A stretch of 64,000 nt of DNA from Podarcis filfolensis (lineage: Eukaryota), in assembly GCA_964270895.1 (NCBI GenBank), contig OZ185444.1; one strand, 5' to 3'. The notes beneath the pieces are model-generated. The model saw only the letters and a program-made list of their open reading frames with translations, was not told where the DNA came from and did no database searches. Made by a program: the position numbers and the translations under genes. Positions within the stretch are counted from its first letter, which is position 1. Every line of letters starts with the position of its first letter. Below, in pieces: positions 11,701 to 23,700 of this stretch.

Positions 11701-14700
11701 TTTTTATTTATACCCCGCCCTCCCCAGCCAAGGCCGGGCTCAGAGCGGCTTACAAGCAATAATAAAAACAAGATGAATGATTACAACTTAAAAACAAAAA
11801 TAAAAAACAACATTAAAATAATGGAATATTAAAATGTAGCCTCATCACAGGAGGAGAAGGAAAAGAAAAAAGAAAGAGGAGGAGGGAATCAAATTGGCTC
11901 CAAGCCAAAGGCCAGGCGGAACAACTCTGTCTTACAGGCCCTGCGGAAAGAAATCAGGTCCTGTAGTGCCCTGGTCTCATGAGGCAGAGCGTTCCACCAG
12001 GCCGGAGCCAGAGTTGAAAAGGCCCTGGCTCTGGTTGAAGCCAATCTAACTTCCTTAGGGCCTGGGACCACTAGGGTGTTGTTATTTATGGACCTTGAGG
12101 CTCTCCGTGGGGCATACCAGGAGAGGCGGTCCCGTAGGTACAAGGGTCCTAGGCCGTGAAGGGCTTTAAAGGTCAAAAGCAGCACCTTAAATCTGACCCT
12201 GTACTCCACCGGGAGCCAGTGTAGCTTGAAAAGCACTGGGTGAATATGCTCCCATGGCAGAGACCCCGTGAGGAGCCTCGCTGCAGCATTCTGTACCCGC
12301 TTGAGTTTCTGGGACAGCTTCAAGGGCAGCCCCGCGTAGAGCGAATTACAGTAGTCAAGCCTGGAGATGACCGTCGCATGGATCACTGTGGCCAGGTCGG
12401 GGTGGGAAAGGTAAGGGACCAACTGCTTGATGCGGCGAAGGTGGAAAAATGTCGCCTTGGCTGTTGCTGTAACTTGCGCCTCCATGGAAAGTGAGGCGTC
12501 AAGGATTACACCCAAACTCTTAATGGAAGGCAATGGCACTAATTGGGCCCCCGCAAGAGAAGGGAGTTGGTCCCTCATCCCCATGCCATCCTGACCTAGC
12601 CATAGGACCTCTGTGAAGGATTTAGTTTCAATCGGCTCCCACGAAACCATCCAGCTACAGCTTCCAAGCATCTGGTCAGTGTGTTTGGGGCCGAGTCGGT
12701 GTGACCATCCATCAGCAGATAGAGCTGAGTGTCATCAGCATATTGATGACAGCCCAGCCCAAAGCTCTGGATAATCTGGGCAAGGGGGCGCATAAAGATG
12801 TTAAAAAGCATCGGGGAGAGAATTGCGCCCTGCGGCACTCCACACACCAAGGAGTGGCACAACGACATTTCCCTCCCTAGTGCCACCCTCTGTCCCCGAC
12901 CAGAGATAAAAGAGCACAACCAGTTACGGGCTATGCCCTGTATCCCCACGTCTGCGAGGCGGTGGTCCAGAAGATCATGATTGACCATGTCAAAGGCTGC
13001 TGACAAATCTAAAAGGATTAGCAGTCCTCAAGGCTTGTCGGAATCTATCAGGATCCATCAGTTTTTGCGGACGAGCCCAAATAGGTTCGCCACCCGAGCT
13101 GGGGAGGTGTGGGAAGTCAATCTTGGCTTTCAGAGCGTAGTGATCAGACCATGGCACTTCCACAGCGGGGAGCATGATCACATCTATGCCAGCCCCAAAG
13201 ATCAGATCCAGCGTGTGGCTTACTTGATGAGTGGGGCCCAAAACAAACTGGGAGAGCCCTAGTGTTGCCATGGAAGTCACTAGGTCCAGAGCCTGTGAGG
13301 AGGGAGCGGCATCGGCATGGACGTTGTAGTAGTAGATCAATGTTTAAAAATCCGGAAGTTTTTAATTTTAATATCAGGAAGAGGTCTACTTCAGGAAAGG
13401 TATGAATGGACCTCCTGTTAAAATAGTAATTTGAAAAGGAGCTCATATTCTGAAAATGCCACTTTCAGGACTTGGTTCTAGGATCCTCCCTTTTGACTTG
13501 AAATTGTGTACCTGCAGCACAGACCCTACTTTGTTCACTGAGGGCTTTCTCCATTGTAACAATGTTTAGAATTTAAGCCTGAAGTAAAATGTAAGATGTA
13601 CATTGGGAGAATATTATTGATTAGAGGGGTAACCACCATGGTGCTCTCCAGATGTTGTAGACTACAGCTTGCATTGCTCTTGACCTCTGGCCCTGTTGGC
13701 TGATGGGAGTTGGATTCCAACATCTAGAGGGTACCATGTTGGCTACTCGTGTTTTGCAAGTTGACTTCAGCAACAACAAAGCCTTTAATCCAGGGGTCAG
13801 CAAACTTTTTCAGCAGGGGGATGTTGGTTTCTGTTTCCCTCACTGAGCAGCAGCTGCAAGTCATGGGACTATGTTTTCATTCCACAGTTCAGTTACTGTT
13901 GGGTTCCCACGGGAAAGGGAGACTGGATGTGACGGTCACTGGTTTCCTGTTTCTTTGTTGGCAGTTGCTCTCTGCTCTCACAGAGGCAAGATGTGTATTT
14001 GTATGCTCTCAGCATAGTTTAGAAATAAAGCTTAGCAATGTAGCACCATACCTGCTTCATCCTTTCGTTTACGGACTATGGGATTATGCTCTGCTGGGCT
14101 CAAGGCAAGATGAGCCGTATCAGCTCGAGGGCCGGAGCTGAATAAACTAACACGGTCCACTGTCCCTCAGACCTTGTGGGGGGCTGGACTATATTTTGGG
14201 GGGGAAATGAATGAATTCCTATGCCCCACAAATAACCCAGAGATGCATTTTAAATAAAAGCACACTTTCTACTTGTGCAAAAACACGCTGATTCCCGGAC
14301 CGTCCGTGGGCTGGATTTAGAAGGCGATTGGGCCGGATCCGGCCCCCGGACCTTAGTTTGCCTATCCATGCTTTAACCCATACAGTAGCATACCGGAAAA
14401 AGCACTCTGGGAATCTTGGCTACTCTGAATAGTTCAACTAAGATTTTCCTCAGCGATTTTTATTATTATTATTTTATTAGGCACCTAAACCTGTTCATCA
14501 ACCAGTTGCAGAGTTTTGCTCTACTAGTCTTCCAAAGGATCCAGTATTAAGAAGGGAAAGACTACAAGACCTGATGACTCAAATACAAGGGACCTATAAT
14601 TTCATGCAAGTAAGTTGTCCTGGATAACATGGAGTTTGGGGGAGCATGATAGGTACCTAACGGATGGTGAGCGCAAGGAAAAAATGAAAAGGAGGGCATC

Positions 14701-17700
14701 AGTTGGTGTTAAGGTCTCAGATATTTTAATGGCACATGTTTGCAATTGCTGAAGGCAATTTTCAGAGGTTAAAATGCACCACAAAACATGTAAACTTTTA
14801 TTCATCTCTGAATAGATTCTTGTTTTTTTCAATTGTGCAAGACTTGTAACTTTTTTGTTTTTAAGGAGTCTTTACTGGATTTTGATAAACCTTCACAACG
14901 TGCCATTTGTTCATCACAAGCACCTTCAGTTGATTCCACAGGTAATCATAATTGTGGTTAATGGTGAACAAGGAAGACCCTATTTTGTTTCATGTTCTAG
15001 GAATCTCTTATCACTTTCATAAAGCAGAAAAGACTGGCATAGCAACAAATTATTAAATCTATGTGAAAAAGATGTTTGATAGGTGAGATTAATACTTCAT
15101 GGTATATCTTAGAAGTATTGTATGCAAACTTTAATTTAAATTCAATTTTTTGTTGTTGTTACAACCATTATGGTCACTTCAACCACCACCAGAAATAAAT
15201 AGACACACTATACAGATTGTGCAGAGATATACTCTTAAAAAAGAGATAAACTTTAATAGGGTTCATTATTTTCCTAAAGCCTCTATTTCTGTTAAGCAGT
15301 AAATTTTCTTAAATTACATTGCATCCAAAATGTTGCTTGATACTGGAGCAGAACTTAATTCTTCCTGTTAGAAATTTCTTCAAAAGTTTTATCTTTGAAT
15401 TTCAATTTTTAAAACTTTGAAACTTGGTCCTTGATCTTGACATAAATAGTCACTAAATGAGAACTAATTCTCTTAAATGTAAAACCTCAAGTGAGATTTT
15501 CTGTTGGTCCTACACATACTGGATGGTTAGAAAGTGTATGGGAAATTGTATTGTCTGAACTTACCACTGCAGATATTTTGAAATAGTATAGTTTCTATTT
15601 ACAACTTTAATAACCAACAATAATGTATTGTACAAAACGCCAATGACTCATACATCACTATAGAGGGAATATTTACCTCCCTTCCTCCCAGCAGACTCTT
15701 TGGTTGGCCTAGACATGTCTCGGACTGTCCCCTTTCTCAGCTGATGTTTTGTTGTTGTTGATGGCTTGTGATTTGATTTCATTCAGATGTCAACTCTGGA
15801 CAGTTGCTCCATATTTATTACTTAATATAAAGATGAACATAATGTAAACAACCTCTGTACTCCACTCAGTCACAGTTATTATGGTTTTTATTTTATTTTG
15901 ATTTGTACATCTTGCTGACTTTTTACAACTCCATTTTCAAGTATCAGTAAACATACATATATATTTAAATAAAACCTTATATGTTAGCATTGTCTTAATA
16001 GATTATCTAGCATCAGGCATACATTGTTATGGTGGTAGTTCAACTCTGATATTTGAAGAGCAGTTTCATGTGTAGAAAGGGCATAACCAAATGTTCCCAT
16101 ATTTTGTAGCACCTAATGAACAACTTTCAAGCCAAAATGATTTCCCTGAGGAACCGGTTCAGGTAAGAGTGATAAGCCATTTGTCACAATGCATGTCAAA
16201 CATGCATTGATTATTTGGAATGTATTTTTGTATTTGACTGCATAAACTGCCTTGAGCAGGCATCTCCATCTGGAGCCCCTCCAGATGTTTTGGACTACAA
16301 TTCCCATCATCCCTGGCCACTGGTCCTGTTAGCTAGGGATCATGGGAGTTGTAGGCCAAAACATCTGGAGGGCTGCAGGTTGGGGATGCCTGGCCTTGAG
16401 TAACCTTCTAAAAAGATAGGGGTATAAATGTGGCTTGCCATTTTGGCTTAAACAGATTTTAGGAGGCACAGTGGCTGGGACCTAAAGAACCAGGCAACTT
16501 GTTCCAAGAGAGTAGTGGGGCTTTTGATGTGTGTGCCATGCAACTTGGATGGAGCTGCTTCTAGAGAAGAAACTTCTCAAACTTGAGGGATTCACACATG
16601 CAGTTTTTATTTCAGCTCAATGCCATATCAAAGTCTTATTGGGTGAGGGCTCAGATAGTAGGGCTTTCCTAACATAGCGCTTTCTAGTTCTTCAGAGTCT
16701 GGTCACTATTAATTCAGTACATTTTGTTTTGTATCACTCCTAGATCCTCTACAAATGTTGAGTCAATCGATATGTTCTTTTCTTTACATATCAGTGTTGT
16801 GGGGAAAAGCTGCTAAGTCCATGTGTTAAGCATCATTCCACAGCCTTTGTGACTCTATGTGCATGTTGTGGTTGTTCTAACAGTGAGGCCTAATACAGAC
16901 ATCACAGAAAAATTGTAACATGGCTGTCAAACAGGCTTTCAAACCCTTGCCACATACTCGCATTCTGTCTCAATTTTACATTAACCATAATTTGGCATGA
17001 AGTCTAAACAGTGGTTTGGAGTATGCTGCCTTCTTATTACAATTTGCCTGATTTGGGCATCATGACATATAAGTTCAAAGCCAGTTCTCAACAGCATTTG
17101 GCTGTTGCATCAGAACTGGGGCTGAGACTAACATCAGGAAACAGTAGCCAGTCCACTTTTGAATAGTTCTATTCAAGTATTCTAGCTTGCATTCCCTTTT
17201 GGTATTAAAGGAATAAAATGTTGCAGGACTACCTGGAGCAAAGGCTCTTGCCTCATTGTTGAATGTAAGTAATCTTAATTCAAGTCAGTTCAACGTAAGG
17301 TGCAGCAGTACTCTTCAAAATCAGTCTGTCTTAGGTATGCCTACATAATATGAAGGGGCACCTAGCAGTAAAATTTTTATTTGGCATAGGCAATTTTCAT
17401 GATACTGAAATAAGTTCTTTTAATAATTAATTTTTCATTAATAACAATCCAGTATAGACCATATTAATACAATACTAAATCATAATTCAATTAAAAAAGC
17501 CAATTATCAGATTCCAAATTAAACATTTTGGTTCACTTCCCATGTTCTGATTTTAGGAGATTTTTAGGAGATGTTGATTCCTTGTTCCTGCTCCAATCCG
17601 CTTATTTAATCCAAATAATACAGTTCCATTGTTGATCCTTTATTTTAACAACCAATGATGTGCTGACTTTCGTCCATATTTAACTGTTCCATATCCTTTA

Positions 17701-20700
17701 ATTTGCAAGAGGAGTTTATATCTGGTAACTTTGTGTGGAATACTTCCCCCCCCAACCTTCCTTTTTTGTTGCAATCAGTCATTTTTTGCATTCCCTGCCC
17801 CCCTCCATGGACTCAATTTTACTGCATACCTTTCGCCATCTTGCTTTTCTCAAAAGTGAAAGTGATCCAGCATCTGGCGTCTGGCCATTACTCCGGGCAG
17901 CCTTCCAGCGTTTTCTTTGAATACTCTCCCATCCAATAACAAGCTGATATCTCGCCAACACCATAATAAATCAAAGTAAGAGTCCTCGGGGGGGGGGGGC
18001 ATTGCCACACAGCATCCCAATATTTTCCACATAGTTCCGTTCTTTCAGTTAATCCATAAGCATTATAAAGTTCTTGTTGATTCCCTATTGCAGTCCATTA
18101 ATAATTGCAATCCATTAATAATTACAATCCAGTTCGGTGAAGAGCTGCCAAATCATAAAACAGCATAGTGAATATATAAAGAGAAAACAAAGACTTCTCT
18201 CCACCACATAACAATCCAATTACGACGAAAATCTGTTCCAGATCGAGACTTTGACACTTAGTGACTGATTCATTGAGCAGGTTAACTTGTCTCCTTCTTC
18301 CAGAACATGCCTGTTTCTTAAGTCCGAATTCTGATATATCTTAAAAAACAGAAGAATCTCCGCTCATGGTAACCGCGTTGGAGAGTTTTCAATGCTATGC
18401 ACTCAGCGACCCCTCCCCCCTGCATTCCGTAGGAGTGGGAGGCAGGTACTGGATGATCTGCGAGTGAGAGCTCTCCCCCTCCTACCCAAGGGGGGGGGGG
18501 TTTGCAAGGATAATTACTCTCAAATTATCCTTAATTGGCTGCATGCCCCGGGTCTGCTATTGTGGGAACAGCTGTTTACCATGGCAGCAAAAACCGGAAG
18601 TCCTAAATAATATTTTCAAGAATTTTTTCAGACTATATATGAAGTCTACCGTACATTACATTATATATTACATTGTATATCCCTCTATTGACAGGTTGCT
18701 GCTTCTCCCATAGCCTTGCACGGCTCAATCACCTCCTTAACTTCTGACAATACACTGTCTGAATCAGAAACTGAACTTGCGACACCACAGGTTACTGATT
18801 GTTCTTTAGAGTTTGCCCTTGATCCTGATTAACATGTTGCCCTCTAATGAGGAGGTGCCTATTTCTGACCTTCCTTCGTTTGGTATTTCTGAGAAATGGG
18901 GCAGGCACACATTGGGAGCATCTTATGCCAGGTGATACTGAATGTGACAGGTTGGTGTGCAGCAAATGCTGGTGTGCCTTTGAGAAAAGCCCCTACTGGG
19001 AGAAGGCATATCAAATGAAGCCAACTCCCCCCCCCCCCGCTGTTGTACTGTTAAGGAGGAGCAAAGCAGGGTCTTGAGTAGTATGAACCAACATGCCGTT
19101 TATTCACATTAAGGCATAGTTTAAAGTTAACAGCGGTTTTATGTGATGTGTGAACCAGGCTTGGAATTTACCCTTATGTATTCCTATAACAGAGTTTTTA
19201 CATTTACAAGATAACACTTCAGCAAATTGAAGTTCTGATAATATAACCTTGAACAGTTTTCAGTAAGGCAAATTATTCAATGAAACTGAGCTGTCTATCA
19301 AAAAATAGGTGGGTTAGCCCTGGGACTCTTTGAAGCATTCTTCTCAAATAGATATATTTGCTTAATTATAATATAGTTAGATATACAGTGGTACCTCGGG
19401 TTACATACGCTTCAGGTTACATACGCTTTAGGTTAGACTCCGCTAACCCAGAAATAGTACCTCGGGTTAAGAACTTTGCTTCAAGATGAGAACAGAAATT
19501 GTGTTCCGGCGGCAGCAGGAGGCCCCATTAGCTAAAGTGGTGCTTCAGGTTAAGAACAGTTTCAGGTTAAGAACGGACCTCTGGAACGAATTAAGTACTT
19601 AATCCGAGGTACCACTGTAGCTTGGAAGTTAAATGATTGTAGTAGCTGAAGATGTAGCTTAATCTTGCAACTGGTACTTTGCCAATTAAGATACAGCTCT
19701 AGTTGTGTTATACTACAAGGGAAACTGAAAACCAGAATATGTCAATTTACAGTGCTAAAGCTACTGATAGCTATTGAATAAGGAAGTGACTATTATCATT
19801 TTTTGCACACGATATGAATACTTAACAGCTTGCTTGTAGTTGGAACAACAGGGAATTCACTTCTAGTGAATTTGCACTAACTTCATTCCTCTTAGGTGAT
19901 ATTTGGTGGGGAAGGAAATTAAGTGAAATACAACAGTTATTTGATGCATGCAGTATTGACTGAGAAGGAAATGTATTTTTGCCAATTGGTCATTATGGTG
20001 GAATGATGTAAGGGTTGCAGCCTTGGATTCATTTCAGAGTTTACCTAACTTGAATATTGATATCTAGGCATGTAGTAAGAGGATATACTTTCCGTAATAA
20101 CTGAGTCTCAGCATCTTCCAAAATACCATGTGTAATCTGGGCACACTTTCTTGCAAGCATTTTTTCCCCATTTTAAGTAACTAATAACTATCTGGTTATG
20201 TCTCTAGACATCTGTTACAAATTCTCAAGAATCTGAGAACTTCAGTCCACCTCAGTCCTTTTATCAGATAAGCAAAGAGATTGCTGAAGTATTAAAGCCT
20301 AAAAAATCTGAAATTTCTCAGGTGAGTTTGACACATACTGTAAGAATTTGACTGATAAAAAAGTGTGCCGTTATTGCAGGGGTGGCAAATATTGTTCCCT
20401 TGATATGTTGGCCCCAGCTGGCATGGCTGGTCAAGGATGATGAGAGTTGTAGTCCAACAACAACTGGAGGGGGACCATGTTTGCTATCCCTTTGCTATAT
20501 AATGTTGATCTCTGAAAATGAAAACTAGTAAGTTTTAAAATGCGAGTTCATTGCCATAAGGATCTCCATCATGTTAAACTTCTGTATGTAAATGTTTGAA
20601 GTGGTAACACATCTAGCTCAAACATGTTTGACATAGTCAGCAGAGACTAATGGAAATCCCAAATGCACAGCAAGAACAAATGAAGTAGAAGCTATTCTGT

Positions 20701-23700
20701 TCTTTGACATGCCCAACCATTGGCTTGCAAGAAACTGCTGGTGTTTTGACAGCATAGGGTTTAATAGTGTGAATGGCTTTCCCATTGGCATGACAATAGA
20801 ATATTACTATTTTTTCCTTCAAGGTTCCTATTCCTCTTTCAAGTGAATCACAGACATCATTGACTCCATCAAGAACTACCATGTCACCAGAACCCCAAGA
20901 GAAGGGTTTCCAGTCTCCTTCCCCAAGTAGTAGCATTAGCATGAAAGCAGCTCCCTTTCAGGCTGTGCAGATTGTAAGTACGTTGGCTGTCTAGGTGAAT
21001 GCAATTAGATGGGAGGGCAAAAGCTAGACATAAACAAGGAGCTGCTAAATCCAGGGTCTCCTCAGAAACAGCAGAGCACCCTGTATAATAGAGGATACGT
21101 GTTTAGTAGGAACTATTATTTTTAAGCAGATGCAGATGTATTTACTACAAGTTTACAAGAGAAGCATTCCCTGAAGGGATCCCTTTATTTTTATTTTTTG
21201 CATGCTTACAGCTGCATTTAGACCTAATAATACAATTGCTGTTTTACAGTTCCTACTTGAAGTTTTGCAGCTTTGAGACTAGAACCCCTGTGAATAAGGA
21301 GTACCAATCTTAATACTTAGTTGAAATTAATTGCAAATTCCTGGTAGAATGTGATATGGCCATAGCACCGGACCCCCCCCCCCCCACTCCAGCGTAAATG
21401 GAAAATACTTAAATTTCTACTCTGTGTAGACTACACAGCACAAGATGGGGCAGACTTGATAATGCATGTGGCCTATAGAAACACTGTAAAAATAGCCCCT
21501 TTTTTGCATAATTGTGTGTTGTGTTGCAGGTGTTCAAAGTGAACGCGCCTTTACCACCTCGCAGGGAGCGGGATATAAAAGAGAACTCTTTGCATCCTAC
21601 AGGATATAATCAGAATTTTTGTACAGCAAGTACACAGACTCCACCCCAGTGCAAACCACAGTCTACTCAAAATGTTGAACAAAGTGCTTTTTCTCAAGAT
21701 GCTTTGCCAAATGGTAAGGAAAACCTCAGTGCAAGAATGGTAATGGGGACATCAGAGTACAACTTGATTGATTCCTCAGCAATGGGGGTGCCTTACAATA
21801 TTTAACCCAAATGATTTCAAGGCACTCTGCTAGTGGCTATAAAAGCAGAAGTAGAAAAGGACTGAAGAGTGATGACTTGGCAGTATCCAACTGCCCATCT
21901 CCAAGGAAACATGAACTTATCTGACACGTAGTGAAAAAATTGTGGCTGGGTTGGGACTGTTTCTTTAACAAAACCCTACGGAGGATAAAGCCATCAATAG
22001 TCAATAGCCACAATGGTTGTTTCCTGCCCCCACTGTCATAGCATGCCTCTGAATACCAGAGTAGTTGCTGGAAATCTCAGGTGGAGAGAGCACTATCATT
22101 CACATGCCCTGCTAGGACAATAGGTAGGCATCTAGTTGGCCACTGTGAGAACACAATGTTGAACCAAAAGGGCCTTTGGCCTGATTCAGCAGCGATCTTA
22201 CATCCTTAAATCTTCCTGGGCCAGGTGAAGATTTTCTTAGGCTTTCAACTTTTGTTGCTCTTTAACTTTGGCTACTTATGTTTTCTACTGCAATCTGTCC
22301 TGTATTTGAGGGGTGGAGTATAGATTTAAATTGTAAAAATAAGTCCTAATTATTGATGTGACAGCCTTTGATGAAGTAAAGCATTGTTGGAAATAACTGC
22401 ATTAACTACTTGTTATGATAAACATGATTAGATTTTCAAGGAGGCAGGTGGATAACTTATCTGTAAAACTTTTACTTTGTTAAAGCTCTAGAAATGGTTT
22501 GGTTAATTGTAACTGCCAGTAATAGGGGAGATGATTCTAGCTGTTCAAAATAAAGACTTGCAAACTATCTTAAGTCTTTAGCTGCTAAAGGTTGGGTGAA
22601 GCAATAAGGTAAACTCCTCCTGCATTTAGGCTGAAAATTATAAGGCTATTTTTGAAGTACCTGGTTGAGGGAGCTGTTCCTGTAAGCAATGGTATTCTCG
22701 CCTTTTATGCAGCACAGACGCCCACTTTCCCTAGACCACCTCAACCTTTTGTCACAAGCCGTGGATCGGTCAGAGGCACCGTTCGAGGTGGAAGGTCAGC
22801 AACCAATTCATATCGCTCTCCTGGTGGCTATAAAGGTATGTATGGTTTCTGTGGAAATACCTACCAGTGGATATATCTTAACATTGTACAAGTAGAATAT
22901 AGTTGGCCAATACAAAAAAACACATAGTAAAGGGCAACATTCAAACTGCTGAACTTTAAAACCTTATTTGCTCATGGTTGTTGTTTTTTAATAGTAAGAC
23001 ACATTGGGTTGGATCAAAGCTGTGTCAGCAGTTGGTTGCTTGAACAACAGGGTTTCCCAGGCTCTCCTCTGCTGTAACGCCGTGTCCCCTGAAGTCTCTC
23101 AGTTGGGACCTTTCATTAAAGTGTGGCTGCAGCACAGAGGCTGAGGTTAGAATGGAGTCAAATGCTAAAATTGGTAAGCGCACCATGCACAAATAGAAGG
23201 AGGGAAGTCCCATTTCATGAGCAGCCATCTGCCTGTGCAGCTGTGCATCAAACCCTTTTGTGGTTCTCTGTTGTAAGCTGCTTGATAGCTTAAGGTTGAA
23301 AAGGCAGGCACTCAACGGGCAACTTTCAAGTGCCTAAATAAGATATCTATGAAGCTGATCCATTACTTTAAGCAAAAGCAAGGGGTTGTTTTTTAAGCTG
23401 TTTTTTTAAAAAGAATTCTATTTCTTTGAGAAGAATTGTTTATTGCATATGTAACAATATAACTCCGTACATATCAACCACAATATTAGTCTTGTTTTTT
23501 AAAGTGACTTTCACCAAATAGTAGTAGCATGTGAAAAGGAAGAAACTTAAGCCAAAAGATCAAATGCAGCATTTGATGTCCATATCTAGTTGGATTTTGA
23601 CCTCAACAAGAAACACTCATGTATTTGGTTGGTGGTAATTCCGGGATGCTATTTGGTATTGCAAACTAGGTGAATATGAATTTAAGTGTCAATGACCCTA

